A stretch of DNA of 61,387 nucleotides from a virus (taxonomy: Duplodnaviria > Caudoviricetes): the IMG/VR virus record IMGVR_UViG_3300028103_000018, positions 1 to 61,387 of that record. One strand, written 5' to 3'. A program made the translations under genes and the position numbers. The notes below the pieces were generated by a model. That model was not told where the DNA came from, made no database searches, and saw only the letters and a program-made list of their open reading frames with translations. Below, piece by piece: positions 1-9,100 of the stretch. Every line of letters starts with the position of its first letter. Position 1 is the first letter of the stretch.

Positions 1-14
1 GACGGAAGCAGAGT
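1..14. repeat. Terminal overlap identical to 61374-61387 (circular assembly)
   Basis: GACGGAAGCAGAGT occurs at both ends and an ORF continues in frame across the join. Confidence 0.9.
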
Positions 15-181
15 TCCAGGCAAGCATGGTGAAGGGAGGGTATGTCGAGAAGCGGTTCGGCATCCCAATGAAGTGCCAAGCAAACTACTGCGGGGTGGCA
101 CAACAGTGCGACCAGAAGCAGAGCGAGAAGTTGTACCAGATTCTAGGACGAAAGGATCCAGATGACCAATACGGGGACTAG
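1..181 (+). CDS. C-terminal part of PD-(D/E)XK exonuclease that begins at 60625
   Basis: Frame 2 reads TEAEFQASMVKGGYVEKRFGIPMKCQANYCGVAQQCDQ...DQYGD* (TAG 179-181), with a C-terminal Cys cluster typical of Cas4/RecB-like phage nucleases. Confidence 0.8.
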   Translation, partial: TEAEFQASMVKGGYVEKRFGIPMKCQANYCGVAQQCDQKQSEKLYQILGRKDPDDQYGD

Positions 182-857
182 CAATATCACGAAGGCCATC
201 CTCAAGGTGATGAGCGGTGTGTCGTTCGTACAGAAGGCCGGGAAGAACGAGTTCCACGGCTACAAGTATGCGACAGAGGGGGATGCCCTTGCGGCACTGC
301 GCCCTCACCTGATCGAGAACGAGCTTGTCATCATCTCCGATGTGATCGAGCATACTTCTCCTGACGAGTTCGGCAACACGACCGTGAAGGTGCAGTACAG
401 AATCCTGCACTCCAGCGGTGAAGAGATCGTTTGCCACTTCGTTGGGTGCGGCAACGACCGCTCCAGTAAAGGTGCGGTTGGGGACAAGGGCGTATACAAG
501 GCGCTGACCGGAGCGAACAAGTACTTCCTGCTCAAGACGTTCCAGCTTGAGACTGGCGACGACCCCGAGCGGGACGAGATCAGCGCCGACAAGGGCGGGG
601 ATTACGTTGTCCCTCAGCGCCAGAAGAAAGCGCCGGAGCCCAAGCCCCAGGCGCAAGAGCAGGATGCGCCGGGGATTGATGTGGATGCCTTTCTCTCGCA
701 GGTCAAGGAAGAGCTTGAGCACTGCGGGACGAAGGATGAAGTGAAGCAAGTTTGGCGGCGCTATCAGAAAGAGATCGGCGTCATCAAGGTAAGTTTTGCG
801 GACAGGGAGCAAGAGGTAGTCTCCGTGTTCGCCAACGCAAACAAGCAAGCCAAGTAG
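162..857 (+). CDS. erf: ERF-family single-strand annealing recombinase
   Basis: Motifs KAGKNEFHGYKYAT and DKGVYKALTGANKYFLLKTFQLETGDDPE; located next to the exonuclease. Confidence 0.85.
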   Translation: MTNTGTSNITKAILKVMSGVSFVQKAGKNEFHGYKYATEGDALAALRPHLIENELVIISDVIEHTSPDEFGNTTVKVQYRILHSSGEEIVCHFVGCGNDRSSKGAVGDKGVYKALTGANKYFLLKTFQLETGDDPERDEISADKGGDYVVPQRQKKAPEPKPQAQEQDAPGIDVDAFLSQVKEELEHCGTKDEVKQVWRRYQKEIGVIKVSFADREQEVVSVFANANKQAK

Positions 858-869
858 GAGATAACTCAC

Positions 870-1145
870 ATGGAAAAGAACTACACCGACAGTGGCATTC
901 TGTTCGTCAACAAGACACAGAACGACAAGGCCCCTGCCTTCAAGGGTGACATCGAGTTGAGCGCCGAGGTTGTGAAGTACCTCGTGGACAACCTGAAGGG
1001 CGGCAAGCCTGCCAAGCTGGACCTTGCCGGGTGGAACCGGACTAGCACCAAGGGTACGCAGTTCATCAGCCTGAAGGCGTCGAAGCCGTACGTTCGTGAC
1101 GGTGCGCCTGCTAACAGGTCTGCCTCGAAGAACCCTTGGGAATAG
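870..1145 (+). CDS. Small putative ssDNA-binding protein (DUF736-like)
   Basis: GILFVNK..DKAPAFKG and AGWNRTS..G.QFISLKA patterns; follows erf; SD AGGAG. Confidence 0.55.
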   Translation: MEKNYTDSGILFVNKTQNDKAPAFKGDIELSAEVVKYLVDNLKGGKPAKLDLAGWNRTSTKGTQFISLKASKPYVRDGAPANRSASKNPWE

Positions 1146-1195
1146 CGGAGGCATGAACTATGCTGGTCACCCAGCAATACATGGAGGAATAATAT

Positions 1196-2050
1196 ATGCT
1201 GGTGGGAGATGCTTGGGAGATTTACAGGAGAGAATGTAGCGACGACATTCTCTTCTGGAATCGACAGAGACTGGCGCATGAACATCTAAAGGCGCTGGAC
1301 GGGATTGCCATTGAAAGCCTGAAGCCCTCTGTTGTTCGAGAGGCGCTGAAGGGATTGTCGAAGTATTCCAGCAGCACCCTGCGCCGGGATCTTCAGGCAC
1401 TGAATGCGGCAATCAATACCTGCCGGAAGCTGGGGCTGATCACGCATCAGCCCTACATTCCGATGCCAAAGGAGTCAGCGCCACGGAAACAGTTCGCTAC
1501 CTGGGAACAGATGCGAATGATTCTCGACGGCGCTGATCACTACGAACCGTGGATGAAGACACTGGCAATGCTTCTCTGTTACACGGGACAGCGGATGGGG
1601 ATTATCATGCGCCTGACTTGGGGCGAGATCGATCTCCAGAACCAGACGATCTGGTATAGCGCCAAGAGAAGCAGTAGGCAGAAGGGTGCGCTGGATGTCT
1701 CTATGAATGCGGAACTCTATGCGTACCTGTGGAACCTACGGCAACAGCTTGGGTATCCGGCTGACAACAGACTCGTGGTAAGCGACGAGCATGGTCGGCG
1801 TCCTGGGTCACCCAACTATTGGTGGCGCAAGTTGCTCACCTCAGTCGGGCTGGACAAGTCCTTCAGTCCACACATTATGCGGCACTCTGTTGCTACGAAC
1901 TTGGTTCGTGAGGGGGTGCCGTTGATCAAGGTCAGCAAGTTGCTGGGACACTCCAGCACTGCCATAACCGAGCGAGTTTACGCCAAGTTCTCGCCGGGAT
2001 TCACGAGGGATGCAGTCGATGCTATCAGGCCGCGCAGTTCTGGCAATTGA
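1196..2050 (+). CDS. Tyrosine recombinase/integrase (short, no arm-binding domain evident)
   Basis: Catalytic set TGQR, HIMRH, LLGH and terminal VY; SD GGAGG. Confidence 0.9.
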   Translation: MLVGDAWEIYRRECSDDILFWNRQRLAHEHLKALDGIAIESLKPSVVREALKGLSKYSSSTLRRDLQALNAAINTCRKLGLITHQPYIPMPKESAPRKQFATWEQMRMILDGADHYEPWMKTLAMLLCYTGQRMGIIMRLTWGEIDLQNQTIWYSAKRSSRQKGALDVSMNAELYAYLWNLRQQLGYPADNRLVVSDEHGRRPGSPNYWWRKLLTSVGLDKSFSPHIMRHSVATNLVREGVPLIKVSKLLGHSSTAITERVYAKFSPGFTRDAVDAIRPRSSGN

Positions 2051-2501
2051 TCCAGGCCCAGTGCAATCTGCCTACGCCATCATCCGGCGCAAGGACTTGT
2101 ACGTCGAGGACTTTGGGATCCTGGAGAACAAGAAGCTGATCGACACCATGCAGTACATCTGTCAGGATGTCAACATTGACATAGCTGTGGAGATGATTGC
2201 ATCATATGGCATGGCAGTAGGTGCCACAGTGTTTGAGACGTGTGTGTGGATCGGGAGAATACTTCAATCTCTCGATCCTCACAGCCTGAGAAGCACTCGC
2301 GTGTATCGCAAGGACGTGAAGATGAATCTCTGCGGAGCTACGAAAGCCAAGGATGCAAACATCCGGCAGGCCATCATCGACCGATACTCCGCGCTGTACG
2401 GAGAGAACTGTACGAAAAAGAACGGGATGCTGTACAAGGTGTCGAAGGATGCCTGGGCGGCAATAGCCGTAGGATTAACCGCAATCGATAAGGAGATGTG
2501 A
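2010..2501 (+). CDS. RuvC-like Holliday junction resolvase
   Basis: LAIDPG, IAVE and DAWAAIAV RNase H-fold motifs. Confidence 0.75.
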   Translation: MQSMLSGRAVLAIDPGPVQSAYAIIRRKDLYVEDFGILENKKLIDTMQYICQDVNIDIAVEMIASYGMAVGATVFETCVWIGRILQSLDPHSLRSTRVYRKDVKMNLCGATKAKDANIRQAIIDRYSALYGENCTKKNGMLYKVSKDAWAAIAVGLTAIDKEM

Positions 2502-2502
2502 C

Positions 2503-2715
2503 ATGGAGATCATCGCGCTGTGTGCGCCAATTGTTATCGGGGTCCTCGTGCTGAAGTATTACCACAAGATCCCCTCGCGTGAGATGATGTGGCACCGTGG
2601 TGCTGCGTGGTGTGCCGCGAACCGTGACGCCTGTGTTCTCCGCAAGCAGCGGAAGCAGGAGTACCTGAAGATGAACGCGCCGGAGGTGGATGATGCAGCC
2701 AGCGCCAAAGCCTAA
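2503..2715 (+). CDS. Hypothetical protein with N-terminal hydrophobic helix
   Basis: SD AAGGAG; tightly packed in operon. Confidence 0.6.
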   Translation: MEIIALCAPIVIGVLVLKYYHKIPSREMMWHRGAAWCAANRDACVLRKQRKQEYLKMNAPEVDDAASAKA

Positions 2716-3085
2716 CGATACCCAGCCGATCCACGAGCAGGTGATCGAAGACATCAAGCGCCGGGCAGAAGTGGGGAAACAGAACTACGGCACCTATCTC
2801 CAGGTCAACAACGGCAGGGATTCACTGCTGGATGCGTACGAGGAGGCGCAGGACAAGGCGCTATACCTGAAGCAAGCGATCCTGGAGCGAGATGCTCTTG
2901 TTATGGAGCTGGAGGTTGCGCGGGAGGAGTTGCGGCGGCTGACCCAGGCCAACGCCGATCTTCGCAAGGAGCGCGACCGGGCGGTAGCCGAGGCGCAGAG
3001 GCAGGACGGCGTGGCAAAGGGGCTGCGGAAGGAGCGCGACCAACTCGCCGCCGCCATCGACGCGGCAAGGAAGGAGGCGAAGTGA
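2690..3085 (+). CDS. Conserved phage hypothetical protein (alpha-helical, coiled-coil tail)
   Basis: R.EVGKQNYGT.L...DAYEEAQD.ALYLKQA pattern; SD GGAGG. Confidence 0.65.
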   Translation: MMQPAPKPNDTQPIHEQVIEDIKRRAEVGKQNYGTYLQVNNGRDSLLDAYEEAQDKALYLKQAILERDALVMELEVAREELRRLTQANADLRKERDRAVAEAQRQDGVAKGLRKERDQLAAAIDAARKEAK

Positions 3086-3366
3086 CGCAAACTCATTCAC
3101 TGAAAACACTTCCCCAGTACTGGGATGCGGTTAAACGCGGAGACAAAACCTTTGAGGTCCGGCGCGATGATCGCGGCTTTCAAAAGGGCGACATCGTCGA
3201 ACTTGTGCGGACGGAGTATCTTCCAGATCCAAGAAATCCCACATTTGGGAGCAAGGAAATGTCTACGCTCAGGTTCCAAATCGGATACATCCTTACTGGT
3301 GGGCAATGGGGAATTGAGCCGGGGTATGTGGTTCTCGCCCTGCATCCAGTTACGGAGGCCCAATGA
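3082..3366 (+). CDS. ASCH/PUA-like DUF3850 protein
   Basis: HSLKTLPQYWDAVKRGDKTFEVRRDDRGFQKGD signature. Confidence 0.85.
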   Translation: MTQTHSLKTLPQYWDAVKRGDKTFEVRRDDRGFQKGDIVELVRTEYLPDPRNPTFGSKEMSTLRFQIGYILTGGQWGIEPGYVVLALHPVTEAQ

Positions 3367-3731
3367 CCCCCGCAGAGAAGACGCGGATGCTCGCGGAGCG
3401 GGTGATGGGGTGGCGGGTTCACTTCCGCAACACCGCGCTGTATGTGCCGATGGAGCAAGAGCATAGTGCTGGTTCGCTCAAGGTTGCCGCCCGCATATCT
3501 GACTGGTCCCCCCTCACCAACCTCTCCCACGCGGGCGAGGTGCTGGAGGCGATGGCGAAGAACGGGTGGCACGCGGTTATGCTTTGCCCTGCCAACGGAC
3601 GGCACTACTGCGATTTCTACCGTGGCCCAATGACGAATCGCGATGCTCCTCCCAATGGGCACGAGAGTTTATCTGCCGCCATCTGCCACGCCGCGCTGCT
3701 GGCCGAGGGAGTGAAGGAGGAGGAACTGTGA
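3363..3731 (+). CDS. Phage ABA-sandwich domain protein
   Basis: LAERVMGW...WSPLTNLSHAGEVLE...AICHAAL pattern. Confidence 0.65.
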   Translation: MTPAEKTRMLAERVMGWRVHFRNTALYVPMEQEHSAGSLKVAARISDWSPLTNLSHAGEVLEAMAKNGWHAVMLCPANGRHYCDFYRGPMTNRDAPPNGHESLSAAICHAALLAEGVKEEEL

Positions 3732-4060
3732 TGGACAGAAATGAAGTGCTGGCCGCATTAAGCCGGGCTGAGGTGGACTACGTGAGGGTTCAGTCCGAGA
3801 CTAAAACTGTCTGGGAATTTCAAGAGGCTGAATGGAAAGCAAAGGCTCTACGCGCCGCCGCCGAGATCATCCGGGCCAGCGGGTGGAGGCCGATTGTGGA
3901 GGCTCCGGAGAAGAAGCAGCTTTTGGTCGGTGAGTGGGTAGATGAGTATTGGGACACTAGCTTGGTTTATGAAAAGGAGGTGGGTATTTATTGCGGCTAC
4001 ACCCACTACCTGCCCGAGCCCGAGCCGCCCGCGCGGGAGGTGCCCAATGATGGCGAGTGA
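3731..4060 (+). CDS. Hypothetical protein (C-terminal DUF551-like WRPI...THYLPEPEPP)
   Basis: ATG overlaps previous TGA; SD GGAGG. Confidence 0.6.
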   Translation: MDRNEVLAALSRAEVDYVRVQSETKTVWEFQEAEWKAKALRAAAEIIRASGWRPIVEAPEKKQLLVGEWVDEYWDTSLVYEKEVGIYCGYTHYLPEPEPPAREVPNDGE

Positions 4061-4274
4061 GCTGCGGGAGTTGGCTCGCGAAGTGCGCGAGGCTGATTTG
4101 TACAACGACAAGTTCGCCCAAGCCGCCGAGATCATCGAACTGATCGCGTGGGCGGAGGAGAACCATGTTGGAGTTGAGCGTGCTGATGGTTGGAATGTGT
4201 TCTTTTCCGGGAAATGGTATGTAGGCGACACCCTCATCTACACACTACGGCGGGCGAAAGAGGCGAGCAAGTAA
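4047..4274 (+). CDS. Hypothetical protein
   Basis: SD GGAGG; coupled to neighbours. Confidence 0.55.
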   Translation: MMASELRELAREVREADLYNDKFAQAAEIIELIAWAEENHVGVERADGWNVFFSGKWYVGDTLIYTLRRAKEASK

Positions 4275-4651
4275 TGGCCGCGCCTAAAGCAACACACTGC
4301 CGCCACTGCGGGCTGGGCGGAGAACTTTACAAGGGCGCTCACCGCAAGTGCCACGGCGAATACTGCCGCCGAATGGCTGCGACTTCGACGAGTTGCATCA
4401 GGTCGCGCAGATCGCCGCGTGGCGGGCTCCGCTGCATCAGCAGGGATCCGCTGCGAAGCGTGCGATCATCGACCATTGTCGGCGGCAAACCCACAGCCGC
4501 CGCACTCGCGGCATCCCGCACCGCGCGCTGGAGTGGCAGGAGCGGGCTGGCGTCGACCACACCGCGCGGCTGGCCGTGTCGCGGGCGCTTGACCGACTGC
4601 CCGAGCGGCTGCGCGGGAAGAGAGCAAATCCAAGAATGGAGAATGGAATGA
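4274..4651 (+). CDS. Cys/His-rich ORF, probably a truncated zinc-finger gene running into foreign sequence
   Basis: TAATG coupling; HCRHCG..HRKCHGEYC, then a low-complexity tail. Confidence 0.35.
   Translation: MAAPKATHCRHCGLGGELYKGAHRKCHGEYCRRMAATSTSCIRSRRSPRGGLRCISRDPLRSVRSSTIVGGKPTAAALAASRTARWSGRSGLASTTPRGWPCRGRLTDCPSGCAGREQIQEWRME
4363..4614 (+). pseudogene. Sigma-70-family (ECF/FliA-like) sigma factor fragment
   Basis: DFDELHQVAQIAAWRA...AKRAIIDHCRR (region 2-like) and LAVSRALDRLPERLR (start of region 4); in frame with dUTPase, HTH missing. Confidence 0.6.
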
Positions 4652-5100
4652 TCGTCAAACTCAAGACAACAAGTGCATCGGTTAAGATCCCCGTCTACGC
4701 ACACGGGGCTATGGAAGACGCAGGCATGGACCTGTACGCTGACGAGGAGGTGTTCCTGCGCCCCAACGAGCCGCAGGTGGTGAAGACCGGGCTACACATC
4801 GAGCTCCCCCCTGGATGCGAAGCGCAGATCAGAAGCCGCTCTGGTCTGGCTCTGAAGCATGGTATCGTAGTCCTCAACTCTCCCGGCACAATTGATCCGG
4901 CATACCGTGGGGAGGTCGGAGTGATCCTCTGCTGGAATGGATACAAGCAGATCGGAGATCAGCCGTTCGTGATCGAGAAGGGCATGCGGGTTGCCCAGAT
5001 GGTGCTGTCCAAGTACGAGCCTATCGCCTTCGAGCAGGCGCAGAGTTTATCGGAGTCCTCTCGTGGCTCCGGCGGTTTTGGTTCTACCGGAGTCCGGTAG
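4648..5100 (+). CDS. dut: Trimeric dUTPase
   Basis: Motifs AGMDL, RSGLA, GTIDPAYRGEV, AQMV and RGSGGFGSTG. Confidence 0.95.
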   Translation: MIVKLKTTSASVKIPVYAHGAMEDAGMDLYADEEVFLRPNEPQVVKTGLHIELPPGCEAQIRSRSGLALKHGIVVLNSPGTIDPAYRGEVGVILCWNGYKQIGDQPFVIEKGMRVAQMVLSKYEPIAFEQAQSLSESSRGSGGFGSTGVR

Positions 5101-5248
5101 ATCTTTAATGGTCAAGAGACCAAATCTAAATAGAAAGGAGAGAGGAATAGAGAACGCTACGCTAGACATCCACTGAGACTACCCAGGTGACCCCTGGGTT
5201 CACGGGAGGCTAGATGGCATCCTGTGTGCCGAGGGGTTACAATGTATT

Positions 5249-5677
5249 ATGCAAACGATACAGAGAAGCCCAGCGTGGATGGTGTCCAAGAACTTCAAGG
5301 TATCTGAGGTTGCTTGCAAACATTGCGGAAAGAACGGGATGAGCCAGGAGTTCGTAGATCTACTCCAGCAGTTCCGTGATTTCCTTGGAGCGCCAGTTGT
5401 AATTACCAGCGGTTATCGATGTGAGTTGCATCCTGTGGAAGTAACCAAGAAGGGAAGAGTTGGGCGGCACAGGATGGGAGTAGCGGTAGATATCCACAGC
5501 CCTGGCATGAGCCTGAAAGATCTCTACAGAAAGGTGGAGGAGTTCCGGCGCTTCCTTGGAGTTGGTGTGTCTATCGAGGGTGGATTTATACACTGCGACA
5601 AGAGGGAGACTAAAGCGAGATGGAAGTACTTGAACAACAAGGACGTACCGTGGGACGGAAGGTGGGAGACGCTGTAG
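5249..5677 (+). CDS. Endolysin, peptidase M15A family
   Basis: NF..SE.ACKHCG, ITSGYRC, H..G.AVD and FIHCD Zn-peptidase motifs. Confidence 0.85.
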   Translation: MQTIQRSPAWMVSKNFKVSEVACKHCGKNGMSQEFVDLLQQFRDFLGAPVVITSGYRCELHPVEVTKKGRVGRHRMGVAVDIHSPGMSLKDLYRKVEEFRRFLGVGVSIEGGFIHCDKRETKARWKYLNNKDVPWDGRWETL

Positions 5678-6111
5678 AAGAAGGGAAGTCTCTTCCGGCG
5701 CTGCTCAAGCCGATCAGGATTGTGATAAACGATCCGTCGTTTCCTATTACTATGTTCGTGAAGAACGAATCCGGGGACATGCTTCTGAGCAAGACAGCAA
5801 GCAAGGACCTGTATCGAGTGGCGCAGCAGATCTCGAAGCAGATCAAGTTCCTGCCGATAGAGGGAGTATCCCTCAGGGTCGAGTATCACGACCGGAACAA
5901 GCTGAAGGATTACTCTCTGCTGCTTGATTCTGTATTGAGGGTGCTATACCGTGCGTGCATAATCGAGTGCATGTCGAGCAACTCGGTTGAAGATATATCG
6001 GTTAAGCATGTAAGGGGTGATAGGCGCAAGGTTGTCATCAACATTACGCCTACCAGGGTGTCAGCGCCAGAGAAGCAGGCTACCGGAGTCGAAGAGGAAT
6101 CTCCTTCTTGA
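5620..6111 (+). CDS. RusA-like protein with degenerate catalytic residues
   Basis: Pattern LRVEY..R..KDYSLLLDSVLRVL..ACII...VEDISV......VVINITP parallels RusA, but the DxDN/K/DD residues are missing. Confidence 0.45.
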   Translation: MEVLEQQGRTVGRKVGDAVEEGKSLPALLKPIRIVINDPSFPITMFVKNESGDMLLSKTASKDLYRVAQQISKQIKFLPIEGVSLRVEYHDRNKLKDYSLLLDSVLRVLYRACIIECMSSNSVEDISVKHVRGDRRKVVINITPTRVSAPEKQATGVEEESPS

Positions 6112-9100
6112 ACTCCTGAGCTTCTTTCGCGAGAGAGATGATCTGCTGTTGAAGGTCGTTCAGTTCATCTCTCTTTTCACTCGGGGACAGGTCGGGGTCA
6201 GACTGGATCATTCTCTTGGCGCGATTCAGTTCCCTGATCTCTTCGACGATTGGCTTGACCTGTTCCCCAACTTCAGCCAAGGTGTAGAGTTCTTCTTCCT
6301 TCGCCTCGGATAGATCCCTTCCGCTTTCGGAGTATGCCTTCAGCGTGGTCACTGCCATCTTCGCGGCTTCGTCGATCATATACAGATCTTCGACAGCCTT
6401 CTTTCCGTCAGGAGACTTGAACAGGGGGCCAAGGATGGGCAGGAGATACGGCTCAGAGAACCTCAGCCTTTCCGGCGTCGGCGCTCCACTCCCCATGTCC
6501 AGCACCCTGCCAACTACGTCGGCAATATATGCACCATTTGTTCCGAAGTATCCACGGATGAGGTGGTCAACCATCACAGGCGAGACCGGAAGAGGCGTTT
6601 CCGCTGCGGCCTTGCCTGCCAGTTTGGCAACCCCGGTAGTGTATTCGGTGTAGCGATCTTCCGGCAGCAGGCTGGCGAGGTACTGATTCTCAATCGGCCT
6701 CTGGGTGTAGAAGTCGAAGTTCGCCATGGCCTCAACAGCAGGCAGTGCAACCTGCGGGATGGGGTTGAACGATAAGGTATCCAGCACTGCTCTCTTCATC
6801 GCGTCAACCAACTCAGCGCCATCAGAGCGCCCAAGCACCATGGTGACCATTCTCTCTGGCAGCATCTTGCTGACAATGCCGAGTTCCTGGGGGATGGGGA
6901 ACTTGATAGCCGTACCCTCACGGACTCCAGGGACAAAGTCGATTGGCAGGAACAGGTTGGAATCCCGCTCTTCGTCGGTGGCATTGACCCAGGCCGGATG
7001 GTCCGACATGAGCAGGGCATAGATCGAAGACAACCCCATGAAGTACAGGAACCTAGTAACAGCCGCCTTCTTCATCTCGGAGCTAGCTTGGTTCGGCATC
7101 ATCTTCTCGCCCCTCATGGTCCGATAGAAGACATCTAGGCCCTGGATTCTGGCGTTGAAGAACGGGATCAGCGACATAGCAATCTGGAGACCACGGGAAC
7201 TTCCCTTGCGAGAGAAGTTGATGGTTTCCATGGCGGCGAACAGCGCCTCCGCTCGATCACCAGTCTTAGCCAGGACATCCTGATAGACCTTGGTTCTCGT
7301 GCTGGATTCCGAGATCTCAGCGGCACGTTCAAGGGTGTCGTACAACTTAGAGAGGGCGCTCTTCTGCTCCTCCCCGATCTCTTGCCGGATAGCCCTGGCA
7401 ACCTCAGACAAGCTCTTCTTCCTCAGGCCAGAGCTAGAGATGCCAGCCGACTTCAGCGCCCTGAACTCAGGAGAGTTCTTGTATGCCATCTCGATTCCCT
7501 TGAACATCTCTTTAGCCGGGGGCGTGAGATTGTTCCCAAATCGGCCAAGCGTCCATGCCTGGAGGGTGTCTCTAATCGTGTTCCTGATGATGAAGGTCGG
7601 AGACAGGGTTGTGCCTCTACGGAGAGCCTCGGTAGCCAACGCCATGCCCTTGAGAACGTCCTGGACAGGGAAGCCGGATTCAGCCACAGCGTTATACAGA
7701 GACTCATCTCTGACTTCATAGTGCTTCTTGACGCCATTCTCTCGAATGGTTATCACATTGGCACCCTGGGCAGCATCTCCCGGCTTGTCGATTGGCTTCA
7801 TATAGCCAGTCAGCACGCCGTCTCTGGCAACCTTTCTTGCGGAGAAGTTCTTCGCGGCAGTGCCTACCATGTAGTAGGTGTTGGCGACGATGTTCTCAAT
7901 CGCATCATTGACAGAGAGGTCTCGGCCAGTCAGCCCCTTGGGATTCGAGAGGTTGGTGACCTGAGAGTTCATCTTCGGCGCATCGACCTCTCCAGTATCG
8001 ACCGTCCCGTCCTGCGTCTTGATCGTAGGAATACGGTAGAACGGGATGTAGAACGAAGACTTCCAGGCTTTCGCCTCTCCCACAGAGATGAACCCACTCT
8101 TGCGGAGGATATCTACTAGGTTGTCGTTGTACTGCTTGAAGTTCTTGATCTCTGCGTCTATGTCTTTATCGTTGACCCACCTGTCGTATTCACGATTGAC
8201 ATCCTGTTCGGAGATCGTGCCGCCAGGATCCTTGTTAGCGGCCTTTAGATCTCTGTACCTTTTGGCGTAAGCAAAGTTGAAGAACGCATCGAGCTTGCCC
8301 TTCTCTTTCAGGCGCTGGAAGATCTTGAGCGGAGCTATTTCAGGGTTGTCGGCAGCGAGAAGGATACTTCCCTCCAGCTTGAAGCCGCCAGTTTCAAGGC
8401 CAGTCAGCGCCATGTCCTGGGCTTTGTCCATGAACAGGAGAGAGTGATACGAACCTTCTGCGGCGCTAAGGAACCTCTTGTCGCCAGTCTTGGAGTAGGC
8501 TTCAATCGCCATCAAGCGAACTGGATCATACCTGTCCACCATCTTCTGCCTGGAGAGGTTGTCTTTGAAAGTGTCTTTGATCTTGTCAATGATTCCCTTG
8601 GGCTGCTTCTTTACAAAGAACGGGGTGACAGCGCCGGAACCCTGGGGATTGGCGAGGGGATCGTTCTTGACCGCTTGGGATTGAGAGGGTGCGAGTTCTG
8701 CTTTGCCGGGAGTGGCAGTTTTTTCAACTGATTTAGCCGTGGCCTGAGTTACCGGGCCTGCCACGGCGGGAGCAGTAGCGCCAGTCTCGATAGACTTCCT
8801 GGCCTTGTCGGAGATGTAGCGGGACTTGCCAACCCTGACAATATCCCCACTGCTCATCATTCGCTTGATGATCCCATCCACATCTTCCGGCGCGATGTCG
8901 AGATCTTGGATCAGGTACTGCTGGGGGTTCTTGATCGGAGTCTTCCGGTCGAACTTCGAGGCTAGACCAGAGAGCGCCTTCTGATACTTCTCGTCAGCGG
9001 CCTCTTCTTCCTCCCCGTATACCTTGGTCTCTACTTCTACATCCTGCTGCCCGCCAACGCGAGGAGAGACCTCCTTCATGCCAACACGCTTCACCTTACC

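Noticed and set aside
5101-5235. Hairpins between dut and the endolysin as a riboswitch or terminator
   Set aside because: Short stems, no U-tract and no recognisable aptamer core.
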